From Styela clava (Eukaryota), in NCBI RefSeq assembly GCF_964204865.1, contig NC_135259.1, positions 5,208,001 through 5,272,000 of the forward strand: a stretch of DNA of 64,000 bases, read 5' to 3'. The translations under genes and the position numbers were made by a program. A model generated the notes under the pieces. The model saw only the letters and a program-made list of their open reading frames with translations, was not told the DNA's origin and made no database searches. How positions within the stretch are numbered: the stretch's first letter is position 1; each line of letters opens with the position of its first letter. Positions 13,461 through 26,989 of this stretch are shown piece after piece.

Positions 13461-13610
13461 GCATTGTTATATCCCAAACGCGGCCTCATCATCTGTGGCC
13501 TGTTTCGCATTTGGCATCTGCTGGAGGTTAAATCAAAAACGCATTTGGTGTTGTCTAATCATAAAAATGTTTTGACATAGAAAAATGAAAATCGAATGCG
13601 ATATCTATTA

Positions 13611-14422
13611 GCTCAGGTTGGCTTATGCATGATAACTAAATATTAATGTTATGACCTGACATTATAAATCCCGCCTAAACAGTATTACAAAAAAAGATGT
13701 CTCTATGTCAGAAAATTTAGTAATTACCCTTCTCACATTTGGTAATAAATCAACCTGCAGTGATTTGTAAACTGTAAACATGAGTTTGAAAAAAAGCTGA
13801 CCAATTCAAACAGATTTTTAACTGGATATAGGAGAGTAGAGGGTTGATGGTAATTGAACTGAGAATTAGCATTCACATACTTTTGATGTCTTCTTCAACC
13901 TTCTTCGTCGATATCAGCAAAACGACTTTCTCCATCAAAACTTCATCTTCCTCCATTGAGCATGCTGTCGCTCCAACTATTTTGATTTTGTCAGCTTTCC
14001 TCGTTTTAATGAGTGGGCTCAGGTTGGCTTATGCATGATAACTAAATATTAATGTTATGACCTGACATTATAAATCCCGCCTAAACAGTATTACAAAAAA
14101 AGATGTCTCTATGTCAGAAAATTTAGTAATTACCCTCCTCACATTTGGTAATAAATCAACCTGCAGTGATTTGTAAACTGTAAACATGAGTTTGAAAAAA
14201 AGCTGACCAATTCAAACAGATTTTTAACTGGATATAGGAGAGTAGAGGGTTGATGGTAATTGAACTGAGAATTAGCATTCACATACTTTTGATGTCTTCT
14301 TCAACCTTCTTCGTCGATATCAGCAAAACGACTTTCTCCATCAAAACTTCATCTTCCTCCATTGAGCATGCTGTCGCTCCAACTATTTTGATTTTGTCAG
14401 CTTTCCTCGTTTTAATGAGTGC
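13611..14422 (+). repeat. 406-bp direct tandem duplication specific to unit 1 (13611-14016 / 14017-14422)
   Basis: GCTCAGGTTGGCTTATGCAT recurs at 13611 and 14017; unit 2 has a single copy. Confidence 0.9.
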
Positions 14423-14612
14423 TAGAAATCCGCGGCCTTATTTAAATATTGCTGGATATAGATATTCATAACACACAGCAAGAAATTTTTGTCTAATATT
14501 TGGATCAGGATGTGTTTAAATGTATAAAGGGTCATTATGAAAAGCTCGTTAGCATGTTTGAAAACTCGCCAACCAGTCCCGTTCATTTCCTTCAAATAAT
14601 TCAATTCACATG
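14287..14612 (-). pseudogene. A-type GNAT pseudo-exon 2 (unit 1); partial duplicate at ~13880-14015
   Basis: Acceptor TTTCAG|C ATG TGA, so the Trp codon has become a stop. Further stops and an indel follow. No exon 3. Confidence 0.85.
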
Positions 14613-14741
14613 CTGAAAAAAATAAAATAGCAATGCTTAAATATATACCGTGAAGGCCAAGTCGAAATATTTTACCCACAATAGCTCCAAAATCATATCC
14701 TGGACAAAGCTAGGATTGCGGAATAGCCACTGTAATTTACC

Positions 14742-14872
14742 AGTACCGGTACCGGTACCGGTACCACCCGGACTGTACCAGCTTTGGTCTGAGACCGATA
14801 ATGATTCATGCTTCTAGTACCACCCGGACTGTACCAGCTTTGGTCTGAGACCGATAATGATTCATGCTTCTA
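14742..14872. repeat. (CCGGTA)n palindromic microsatellite followed by a 56-bp tandem duplication
   Basis: AGTACCGGTACCGGTACCGGTACC, then GTACCACCCGGACTG...CTTCTA repeated at 14761 and 14817. Confidence 0.85.
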
Positions 14873-15724
14873 GTCTCGATGTGAATCAAATGATTGAATA
14901 ATCCACAAGTGTAATATCAAGTCTTTCACCGTACCGTATCATACCGTACTCCTTTTCCAAAAACTTTCAGACATTTGCTGAGCACGAAATCCGCTGCTTG
15001 CGTTTATGGAATCGCTGCACGGTGCGCAATTTTTAATTTTCATGGCGTCATCACACAAAACTTCGTAGGGAAAAACGGATCTCATAGAGCCCAAAGGAAT
15101 TTCAAAAATTAATTAAAGAAATAGCATTCTAGCGACAACAACAATCTTCAGCCACTAACAATTTCAAAGCTATTTGTACAGTACTTGAAAAGAAAAGCAA
15201 TGTTTTCACAAACAAGAAGAAAAGAAGAAGAAGAATACCAAATATACCAACAGCAACAACAAAAATTCGACATAACAATCTATAGGTCCGATTTGTATCC
15301 AAGTGTCTAACAAACATGTCGCAAAAATATACTTTTATATTAAAGTGAAGAAATGAAAAAGCATGTTTTCTCGGATAACGAATCCATTTTGCATTGTCAC
15401 CTCGGGATATAATATTGTGAAAATTGTGATTTCAATTGCATTATGAGTTATATGCAACGGCAATCGTTCAGAAATCGTTAACATATCGTAAATCTTCTCG
15501 TCATGTTTACTTTACTCGTAGTTTTCGTATTCGTGCAATTCCAAATAAAAATTAAATCGCAATGCCCAATTACGCTTGAATCAGCGAGTTATTTTAGAGG
15601 TTTTGGTCTTCGTTTATAATGCTTAGGCGTCTATTGCACGTATAAAATTATTATTCTTTTTGGTTGTGCCTTCGTATTCCTATTATTCGTGTTCGAACAA
15701 TCAAAATTATTTTATTTAATTCAG

Positions 15725-16655
15725 AATGTGGATTGAATTATCAGAACGCAAGGAAAGTGATTGGAGAAAATGTTTTAAAATATGTCAGAGAGCATTTCAA
15801 AATGATCCTTTCTACACTTACACACACCCGGATCCAGAAATTCGGCGAGAATTTTTGAAAGTCTATTTTGACTATTTATATCCAGCTATTTTTCAAGATG
15901 GCAAAGGTATATTAGTTGTAATAAAAGCTGAAGACGAGGAAGGAATCAAAATAATTGGTGGAATGTCAGTTACAATGTATCAGGATGAGGAATTAGAAAA
16001 TGATCACACAGCTTTACTAGCAGTTGATAGAAACGGTTGGATGAAACATTCAAGGTAATACTTACTACTTATTTGATAAAACTTTACATTTAATGTGTTC
16101 AATGTTTTCAGTGCTCCAGTGCTCAATTTCGGCCAAAGGTGTTTGATATAGTACTTGTTCATCCCTCACATCACTGTCTGGAATACCATAGAACAATTGT
16201 ATTATTACCTATGATCCATTTGTTATATTTATAGACGTGATGACTGGGAATATAAAACCTATTACTATAAATTACAAGAATTGGCAGACAAATTAGGTAC
16301 AAACCTTATGCCTGGCGTGTTTCAAATAGTGGATGATGGCTACAGAGGAAAAGGAATTGGATCAAAATTCGTCATGCAAGCGGTGCAGATGATGAGTGAC
16401 GAAGTCGTAAAAAGAAAGCGTCTCGCTGGAATAGCAAACCCAAAACCTCCCCTGGCTCATTGCATCTGTGATCATGAAAGGTCTAGGAATTTCACGAAGA
16501 AAAGTGGATTCATAGAAGTGGCTCAATTACGTACAAATAACGTTGGAGTTCTAGGCAAAGATACATCCCATATATGGATATTTTTACTTCCACCTGAGGA
16601 TCCGAGTTGGATTTATGAAGCCAGAAAAATGTTTGCTCATTCATCGAATCTGTAA
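15725..16655 (+). CDS. GNAT type C copy 1, exons 2-3 (15725-16054, 16235-16655); native exon 1 deleted, candidate captured exon 1 at 13324-13349
   Basis: MWIELSERKES...KHSR|RDDWEYKTY...IVDDGYRGKGIGS...CDHERSRNFTKKSG...AHSSNL*. Open frame with intact splice sites. Confidence 0.72.
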
Positions 16656-18235
16656 ACATTTCTTTTTGTGCTCCATACTTATCAGGCACATATAAGCATT
16701 GCGGAACTTATGTGAACTAACTCGAATTAAATAGTTTCTCAGCTGCCAATGTTTGACGGAATAATAGTCTGGAGGAAATTACTAACAGTCATGAGTTATA
16801 CCCTTTATAAAAACCATGATTTTTTTGCAGAATAGATTACTGCCTTTTATTAAATTCTTGTGCTAATACTAAAAAACATTATCAGATTATTTTTTATGTC
16901 TTATGTCTTGATTGTCTTTGCAATATATATGATTTTGTGCAATATATTATATTCCATTTTCTTCGGATTTTTTGTATATAAATGAAATGACATATATTAT
17001 ATAAATATATATAACTATTTCTCGGAATAATGATTTTCTTTTATAGATACCAGTTACATTCCACTAAAAATATTATGTTAGAAGTATTTTGGAATACTAC
17101 TTCTCTTTATGATATTAGTCCTGTAACTGATTGCGTTTAGCAAACCGCATTAGTAAAGTATCGCGTTAATCGGTAGTTTTTACAAACCGCTTTTCTAGTA
17201 GAAAGTTATCTATGAATCATGCTGTTTTAGTATTTTCTTGACGCGTTGCGATAAAAAAGGTTACTCTGGTGTCAGTCGTATCGAGAGCAAGATTGTTTGT
17301 AAAATACATACGATAAATTCAATCGTATTTGATAGAAACATTCTTGATAAAAGATATATAACAGTTTACTTCTGTGAGAAAACTCATTTAAAAAATATCT
17401 ATGACTTTAGTTTTATTATACACCTGTGCAAAACCAATGGATAACAATAAAATTTGATGCATGAAGAACATCTTTCGAATGGCAACTGATTGATACAAAC
17501 AAAAAACTATATAAAAATGAAGACGAGAACAGAAGCATTTTATGTATTACATAACATATCCGGGGACTACTCATTGCCAATTGAATTGAATAAATTTCAC
17601 GCAAAATAAACGACGCACTGATTTTCTTAAACACAAACACAAAGAAGCCCAAGTTATTTTGCCATTAGTTAGGCTTAGTCAAACATAAATGCATGATTGC
17701 ACTTTTGTTTTTCGTTGCTTGCCCACCTACCAGATTTGTATGTTGAAATTTACAAAGTATATGAATATATATCTGAGAAACAACTGATGAGCAAACATGC
17801 ATACGATGGACACGAAACGAAACTTCTCAACAATGTGCTTTAGCTTGCATAAAACGAGATTTCAAGAACGTTTCAATAAAGAAGGCTACGGAATAGCACA
17901 AAATTGTTCTTATACTCGAATGACTTTATTATTCACTTACAAATATCTACTCTGATCAAGTTTGATGGAACGTTTAGTACTGTTTGTTCTTGACTACCCA
18001 AATCTGTGCGAGAAGTTTTCAGAAGAGTCAACCCTCAAAAATGGGCTCAAAGATGGCAATCCAAGCTGGTCTTATTGAAAGGAGTCCACAACTAGGTTCC
18101 ATGACACTGAGTAGGTTTTAAATCGCTGGTTAGTATTTTCTGGTTTCTGGAATAATTTCTTGTGAACCAATCACATTCAGAGGTCAACTAATATTTAACA
18201 ATGATGCACGTAAAAATGCTTCAATTTCCAGTTAC

Positions 18236-18579
18236 TCAAAGGACGGATCCAGCCGGAGTAGCTTGGTCTTCTGCTACCGTTATCTTGTCGTGCATTTCAA
18301 TTTTAGTAAAATGTGTTGATTTGGAAGAACATCTTGACGTTCTCTGTGAAGAACATTGACTATCTTTTGTTCTCCGAATCTTTTTGTAAACCGCGTCAAC
18401 CATGTCCGAATATAGAATAGGATTAAGAGCGCTGTTTATGGGCAAAAGAACGATTGCTGCCACAGCGTATGCTGTATCTTGAATATTCACTCCAGCCAGC
18501 TTGCAGAAGGACATTATGCAAATTGGGACCCAACAACAGAAATCAGTGATGATGAGACGAAGTATTTTTTTTTGCATTG
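18236..18579 (-). pseudogene. Duplicated terminal exon (TM6-TM7-tail) of the LDLa GPCR, frame intact
   Basis: MQKKILRLIITDFCCWVPI...LPINSALNPILYS...AGSVL*. The acceptor TTTTCAG is retained, but no upstream exons exist in the unit. Confidence 0.85.
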
Positions 18580-18684
18580 CTGAAAAATAAAACAAATTTA
18601 TATAAAAAATTGATAATAATAATAATTCCAATAAGGAAAATCAACCCAGAAACAAATGAAATTAAGGTGTGGGTGGTTATTGCC

Positions 18685-19008
18685 AAGGCTGTAGATTCGG
18701 AGAAAGTTTACATCCAACTCCGGACTATGGGTTGTTACATTTTTCCTATTCCTACTCCAGCTCTGAACTTCGGGAAAATTAAATCGAAAAGCAAAAACTA
18801 TGGCGTATGCAGGCCTTCTCTAATAGACTGTTGGGAACGCATCATAAATTTCATGCTTTTTGCGGATTGTTTTTGTTACCAATGCCAGTCTGAAATTCTT
18901 AATTCGGTGAATTCAGAATAATGAGTTAGAAAACAACGATCCCAGTTCCGACTCCGAATCCAATGGAAAAATGCCAAACTTTCAGCCCCGTCTCGACTCC
19001 ATAGCTCA
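18685..19008. mobile_element. Probable degenerate MITE with CGACTCC motifs (also ~27440-27762 and ~38410-38733)
   Basis: Ends GGCTGTAGATTCGG ... CGACTCCA(T/C)AGCT are imperfect inverted repeats, with internal CCGACTCC motifs. Similar motifs occur at ~63410-63730. Confidence 0.4.
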
Positions 19009-20305
19009 GCTTGCTAGAAACACCTAGCCTTGAGCTCATTAGAACGTATGGAAGATATATATATAGAAGTCACAGCTGCGCTGTGTTAAGTTAGCAAAGT
19101 AGGTGTTTGAGGCTCTTTTATGTCTTCAGATAGCCGTAGTATTTCGTAGTAGTGCTTTTATTTTACCGCAAGTCGGCGCAAAGGCGAGTTACGATGAACA
19201 CAATTAAATTAATATGGCAAGACATTTTAAATGCGCGTATTGTCCATGGATTGAGTATCTTAGGCAACAGAAAAAATTATTATCCGTTGGAAAAGTAGGC
19301 TGCTTAGGTCGGCATTATTGCGGCGCGATAGAGTGATACAGATTCGAAAAAGCGAATAATTTGCCTTTGGCCGGATTTTTACTTGGTAATGTTTGAATGT
19401 TGGGTTTGTTAATGGAACAGTTTAGTGATTAAAAAATTACACTATCGTTTTTTGTTTTTATAACAGTTCTCAAACCCGGTATTTAATGCCTATGTCATAT
19501 ATTTAATGTCAAAGGAATGTCATTGTCAAGAAAGCAGAAATTTCAGAACTCTTTGAAATTAGGCCCATGAAATCAATGAATTTATTTCAGATTTGATAAT
19601 ATAAATTTAAAATATTCAACAAGTATACAAAGTGTTTTTATGTTGCCAATGCAGAAAATTTGTTTAAGGGATTTTTTGAAAAAATATCTGAAATATCTTG
19701 GTTGAACATTGATTCCAAACATATCAAATCTCCATTTTCTATGTCCCCCCCCCCCGTTTTTTAAATGATACTGTTGAATCTTTCCTTAATTTTAAGGACA
19801 TACTTCGATTAATTTAACAGAATTCCCCATTGTGCGTCAGGGTCTGTCCGAATGTGCCCCACTCGTGGGATACAGTGGGAGACAAACGTTTTTTTTTTTC
19901 AAAGCATTTTGGCGGTGAGATGTATGTCGCGAGGGAATTTCTTAGTCGCTGAATAAAAACCACATTTACTCCTCTCCGCATTTGCCCCGCAAAATGAAAT
20001 GAAGTTACAGAATATAGAACTCAAAATATGCAGAAGAAAAAAAAGTGTCTCAACCTTCCACACTTTCCCCTACTCAGTTTCTAGCTACCGGAATATTCAA
20101 TTATTTTCTTAATGAGGAAGATTTTTTATTTAAATGCACATAAAAAGATGTAGGATAACATTTTGATGACCCTGTGGATTCTCACAGTCACAACCTGTGA
20201 TTGTGACCACACTAACGGTCAATTGCTCTGGTATATACAGACTAGTATGCAATCTATACAAAATGAGTCTTTAAACCACGCTTTCGTCGTCAATTAACGC
20301 CTTGT

Positions 20306-21414
20306 ATGGCACACAAAATTGTAACTCGAGAGTCCGAATTTAGGTATGGCTAAATAAGCTCTGAGGAATTTGTTCTACGAAACTCGTTAGAAACAATTTA
20401 TAAATCTCATCGAAAATATGAAATTATTTACATCTATTTTAAATAAATGGGATCAGTATTAAATTAATAGTATACTAGCACATGAAGATCAAATACAGTT
20501 CATGTTTTAGTTTAGTAATTCATCTACCTCAGAATGTGGATTGAATTGTCTGATGGAAAAGAAAACGATTGGGATACATCTTTTAAAATATGTCAAAGAG
20601 CTTTTCAAAATGATTCGTTCTATATGTATACTCATCCAGATGCGGAAATACGACGGAAATTTTTAGCGGTGTACTACAATGACACATATCTTGGACATTT
20701 GAAAGAGGGTTATGGATTGTTATCTTTACTTAAAGTGAAAGAAGGCAATGAAATAAAAATAATTGGTGCGATAGCTGGTTCATACATTACAGGAAAAGAA
20801 CTCAGCAAAGAAGACGATGATCGCTTGTCTCAGATCGATAAGGAAAGTTGGGAAAGGTATAAAAGGTAAGAACGTTTTTATTTTAAATTATACAATTTGA
20901 GGTTTACAATTTTGCAGATTCTTACTCAAAATATTATGTTAGTTTCTTAGAATAAGATTTTACCTTCCCTAATTCAATAAATATTTCATTCAGGCACGCG
21001 GAATGGGAGGAACAATCATACGAAAACGAATTTGGAGAATTGGGTGAAAAATTAGGGGTTACTGTTATTTATGGAATTTTTCACGCTATTGATGACGGAT
21101 ATAGAGGAAAAGGAATAGGATCAAAATTTTTACTGAAAGCAATGCAAATGCAAAGTGATGAAGTAATGAGACGCGAAAAATTAGCAGGAATACCTAATAC
21201 AAAAATGCCTTTTTCCTACGCTATTTCTGACCATCCAAAATCTAGAAACTTTTGTAAAAAGATCGGCATGATTGAATTGGCTCAAGTGAGATCGTACCAA
21301 CCAGCTGATTTATGCAAAGAGCTTTCGTATATGTGGATTTTTGTTCTTCCATCTTTGCCTTCAAGTTATATCAATGCTGCCAAAAAAATTTTTGTTCTGC
21401 CAGCAAACCTGTGA
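20306..21414 (+). CDS. GNAT type B copy 2, 263 aa; exons 20306-20343, 20533-20865, 20994-21414
   Basis: Same structure as B1 with 4 aa differences. Ends VLPANL*. Confidence 0.87.
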
Positions 21415-23021
21415 ATGTCTCGATAAATAATACAATGTCCTAATGGATTATTCAAAGCGTTGGGACAAAATAAGTGTGTGTGTGTGTGGTATGAAAATAT
21501 ATGGAGCTTTTAGCAATTTGAGTCTTTTGCGCTAGACAATTCAAAACCGAATCTTGGTGAACTTCACAAAATCAAGTATAGTGAAAGGAAACGACGACAG
21601 TCGCTTGAAATAGCTCTGATTTGAGAATCAATGCCATAATCGCAGGATTTCATCTTAAATGTGTGTCTTTCATCTCTATATACACGACAGTTCATTAGAA
21701 AATATTCCATTGTCTCGAAAAAAAAAAAAATGAGTAAAACATGGCTTGTTGCTTAGTATGATACATCTTGGTAACTGCCGAACATCCCCATCAGTTAAAT
21801 ACAATAGAGAAAAATGTTTTTAATACCTGGTCACACAAAATCAAGCCTTAAACGAAATCAATTTTTTGAGTTGACAAAAGCGCTGATTATATAATATTTT
21901 AAATTATACAACAATTAGAAGTATGCGAGAGAATTTCGATTGACATATAGAATACTATTTGAATTATATTTGATTTATTTTCTTAATTTGACACGCCACG
22001 ACATGTTGTGATGCATGGCAGACAAACGGCGACTCGAACCAGGGCACATTAGCAGTGGTTTTTCATATTGAATTCAATCACGCCTGACTATTCCATATGT
22101 TAATAAAAGTCATTCAAATCATTTGATTTGAAACTTCATACATTACTTACGCAAACCACGAAGTTTTTTCGTCTTATACTACACAAGCTAACACAGGGGA
22201 TCAAATAGTGTTGTCGGTGTTGGAATAACTTTAAAAATTCATTGGCATTTTCTGTTTTTGTTCAAACCTTGCGTAACGGAAATGCCTCATTTATCAATAT
22301 CCAAACCTAAACCCAATAAAACGTTTTTTCCAGTCGCGTTCTGAAGTCGGTCTCTAAACAATTGTACGCGTTGCTACATTTTTTGCACAAGAATATACTG
22401 TATCGAGTACTGATATTTACTTGTTTTTACTACTGATCAGTTACTACTAACGGAGATATTAGGAATGACATCGTCAAAAAATACGAAGAGGTAAAGTAAG
22501 TAATTATTTGTGTAGCATTGTCGAAAATATTTATTCAGCATTTTTGTAAGCATGGGATAAACCAATCTTGTCTTAATTATACATCGAAAAGTGTGACATA
22601 CGCATTGTTATATCCCAAACGCGGCCTCATCATCTGTGGCCTGTTTCGCATTTGGCATCTGCTGGAGGTTAAATCAAAAACGCATTTGGTGTTGTCTAAT
22701 CATAAAAATGTTTTGACATGGAAAAATGAAAATCGAATGCGATATCTATTAGCTCAGGTTGGCTTATGCATGATAACTAAATATTATTGTTATGGCCTGA
22801 CATTATAAATCCCGCCTAAACAGTATTACAAAAAAAGATGTCTCTATGTCAGAAAATTTAGTAATTACCCTCCTCACATTTGGTAATAAATCAACCTGCA
22901 GTGATTTGTAAACTGTAAACATGAGTTTGAAAAAAAGCTGACCAATTCAAACAGATTTTTAACTGGATATAGGAGAGTAGAGGGTTGATGGTAATTGAAC
23001 TGAGAATTAGCATTCACATAC

Positions 23022-23347
23022 TTTTGATGTCTTCTTCAACCTTCTTCGTCGATATCAGCAAAACGACTTTCTCCATCAAAACTTCATCTTCCTCCATTGA
23101 GCATGCTGTCGCTCCAACTATTTTGATTTTGTCAGCTTTCCTCGTTTTAATGAGTGCTGGAAATCCGCGCCCTTATTTAAATATTGCTGGATATAGATAT
23201 TCATAACACACAGCAAGAAATTTTTGTCTAATATTTGGATCAGGATGTGTTTAAATGTATAAAGGGTCATTATGAAAAGCTCGTTAGCATGTTTGAAAAC
23301 TCGCCAACCAGTCCCGTTCATTACCATCAAATAACTCAATTCACATG
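23022..23347 (-). pseudogene. A-type GNAT pseudo-exon 2 (unit 2)
   Basis: Same ATG-TGA lesion as the unit 1 copy. No exon 1 or exon 3 on this strand. Confidence 0.85.
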
Positions 23348-24472
23348 CTGAAAAAAATAAAAGAGCAATGCTTAAATATATACCGTGAAGGCCAAGTCGA
23401 AATATTTTACCCACAATAGCTCCAAAGTCATATCCTGGACAAAGCTGGGATTGCGGAATAGCCACTGTAATTTACCAGTACCGGTACCGGTACCGGTACC
23501 ACCCGGACTGTACCAGCTTTGGTCTGAGACCGATAATGATTCATGCTTCTAGTCTCGATGTAAATCAAATGATTGAATAATCCACAAGTGTAATATCAAG
23601 TCTTTCACCGTACCGTATCATACCGTACTCCTTTTCCAAAAACTTTCAGACATTTGCTGAGCACGAAATCCGCTGCTTGCGTTTATGGAATCGCTGCACG
23701 GTGCGCAATTTTTAATTTTCATGGCGTCATCACACAAAACTTCGTAGGGAAAAACGGATCTCATAGAGCCCAAAGGAATTTCAAAAATTAATTAAAGAAA
23801 TAGCATTCTAGCGACAACAACAATCTTCAGCCACTAACAATTTCAAAGCTATTTGTACAGTACTTGAAAAGAAAAGTAATTTTTTCACAAACAAGAAGAA
23901 AAGAAGAAGAAGAATACCAAATATACCAACAGCAACAACAAAAATTCGACACAACAATCTATAGGTCCGATTTGTATCCAAGTGTCTAACAAACATGTCG
24001 CAAAAATATACTTTTATATTAAAGTGAAGAAATGAAGAAGCATGTTTTCTCGGATAACGAATCCATTTTGCATTGTCACCTCGGGATATAATATTGTGAA
24101 AATTGTGAAATTGTGATTTCAATTGCAATATGAGTTATATGCAACGGCAATCGTCCAGAAATCGTTAACATATCGTAAATTCATTTCATTGGAGAACGTG
24201 GGACCGCGGAAAATATACGGTGTAGAAAATAGTCACAAGCTCTTCTCGTCATGTTTACTTTACTCGTATTTTTCGTATTCGTGCAATTCCAAATAAAAAT
24301 TAAATCGCAATGCCCAATTACGCTTGAATCAGCGAGTTATTTTAGAGGTTTTGGTCTTCGTTTATAATGCTTAGGCGTCTATTGCACGTATAAAATTATT
24401 ATTCTTTTTGGTTGTGCCTTCGTATTCCTATTATTCGTGTTCGAACAATCAAAATTATTTTATTTAATTCAG

Positions 24473-25403
24473 AATGTGGATTGAATTATCAGAACGCAAG
24501 GAAAGTGATTGGAGAAAATGTTTTAAAATATGTCAGAGAGCATTTCAAAATGATCCTTTCTACACTTACACACACCCGGATCCAGAAATTCGGCGAGAAT
24601 TTTTGAAAGTCTATTTTGACTATTTATATCCAGCTATTTTTCAAGATGGCAAAGGTATATTAGTTGTAATAAAAGCTGAAGACGAGGAAGGAATCAAAAT
24701 AATTGGTGGAATGTCAGTTACAATGTATCAGGATGAGGAATTAGAAAATGATCACACAGCTTTACTAGCAGTTGATAGAAACGGTTGGATGAAACATTCA
24801 AGGTAATACTTACTACTTATTTGATAAAACTTTACATTTAATGTGTTCAATGTTTTCAGTGCTCCAGTGCTCAATTTCGGCCAAAGGTGTTTGATATAGT
24901 ACTTGTTCATCCCTCACATCACTGTCTGGAATACCATAGAACAATTGTATTATTACCTATGATCCATTTGTTATATTTATAGACGTGATGACTGGGAATA
25001 TAAAACCTATTACTATAAATTACAAGAATTGGCAGACAAATTAGGTACAAACCTTATGCCTGGCGTGTTTCAAATAGTGGATGATGGCTACAGAGGAAAA
25101 GGAATTGGATCAAAATTCGTCATGCAAGCGGTGCAGATGATGAGTGACGAAGTCGTAAAAAGAAAGCGTCTCGCTGGAATAGCAAACCCAAAACCTCCCC
25201 TGGCTCATTGCATCTGTGATCATGAAAGGTCTAGGAATTTCACGAAGAAAAGTGGATTCATAGAAGTGGCTCAATTACGTACAAATAACGTTGGAGTTCT
25301 AGGCAAAGATACATCCCATATATGGATATTTTTACTTCCACCTGAGGATCCGAGTTGGATTTATGAAGCCAGAAAAATGTTTGCTCATTCATCGAATCTG
25401 TAA
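24473..25403 (+). CDS. GNAT type C copy 2, exons 2-3 (24473-24802, 24983-25403); candidate captured exon 1 at 22465-22490
   Basis: Translation is identical to C1. Intact GT-AG sites. Ends AHSSNL*. Confidence 0.72.
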
Positions 25404-26989
25404 ACATTTCTTTTTGTGCTCCATACTTATCTTATCAGGCACATATAAGCATTGCGGAACTTATGTGAACTAACTCGAATTAAATAGTTTCTCAGCTGCC
25501 AATGTTTGATGGAATAATAGTCTGGAGGAAATTACTAACAGTCATGAGTTATACCCTTTATAAAAACCATGATTTTTTTGCAGAATAGATTACTGCCTTT
25601 TATCAAATTCTTGTGCTAATACTAAAAAACATTATCAGATTATTTTTTATGTCTTATGTCTTGATTGTCTTTGCAATATATATGATTTTGTGCAATATAT
25701 TATATTCCATTTTCTTCGGATTTTTTGTATATAAATGAAATGACATATATTATATAAATATATATAACTATTTCTCGGAATAATGATTTTCTTTTATAGA
25801 TACCAGTTACATTCCACTAAAAATATTATGTTAGGAGTATTTTGGAATACTACTTCTCTTTATGATATTAGTCCTGTAACTGATTGCGTTTAGCAAACCG
25901 CATTAGTAAAGTATCGCGTTAATCGGTAGTTTTTACAAACCGCTTTTCTAGTAGAAAGTTATCTATGAATCATGATGTTTTAGTATTTTCTTGACGCGTT
26001 GCGATAAAACAGATTACTCTGGTGTCAGTCGTATCGAGAGCAAGATTGTTTGTAAAATACATATGATAAAATCAATTGTATTTTATAGAAACATTCTTGA
26101 TAAAAGATATATAACAGTTTACTTCTGTGAGAAAACTCATTTAAAAAAATATCTATGACCTTAGTTTTATTATACACAAGTGCAAAACCAACGGATAACA
26201 ATAAAATTTGATGCATGAAGAACATCTTTCGAATGGCAACTGATTGATACAAACAAAAAACTATATAAAAATGAAGACAAGAACAGAAGCATTTTATGTA
26301 TTACATAACATATCCGGGGACTACTCATTACCAATTGAATTGAATAAATTTCACGCAAAATAAACGACGTACTGATTTTCTTTAACACAAACACAAAGAA
26401 GCCCAAGTTATTTTGCCATTAGTTAGGCTTAGTCAAACATAAATGCATGATTGCACTTTTGTTTTTCGTTGCTTGCCCACCTACCAGATTTGTATGTTGA
26501 AATTTACAAAGTATATGAATATATATCTGAGAAACAACTGATGAGCAAACATGCATACGATGGACACGAAAGGAAACTTCTCAACAATGTGCTTTAGCTT
26601 GCATAAAACGAGATTTCAAGAACGTTTCAATAAAGAAGGCTACGGAATAGCACAAAATTGTTCTTATACTCGAATGACTTTATTATTCACCTACAAATAT
26701 CTACTCTGATCAAGTTTGATGGAACGTTTAGTACTGTTTGTTCTTGACTACCCAAATCTGTGCGAGAAGTTTTCAGAAGAGTCAACCCTCAAAAATGGGC
26801 TCAAAGATGGCAATCCAAGCTGGTCTTATTGAAAGGAGTCCACAACTAGGTTCCATGACACTGAGTAGGTTTTAAATCGCTGGTTAGTATTTTCTGGTTT
26901 CTGGAATAATTTCTTGTGAACCAATCACATTCAGAGGTCAACTAATATTTAACAATGATGCACGTAAAAATGCTTCAATTTCCAGTTAC

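Noticed and set aside
13377-13580. Recurrent ORF MSKIFIQHF… (also 22518 and 30911)
   Set aside because: It has a non-ATG start and variable length and overlaps copied intron sequence. Recurrence is explained by the duplication.
17238-17652. Small ORFs between GNAT C and the GPCR exon (also ~26.0-26.4 kb and ~37.0-37.6 kb)
   Set aside because: AT-rich UTR or intergenic sequence. Several frames differ between copies and none shows a recognisable motif.
18577-18921. Recurrent 103-114 aa + strand ORF (also 27331 and 38336)
   Set aside because: It is antisense to the GPCR intron and MITE, has no recognisable motif, and is conserved only through recent duplication.
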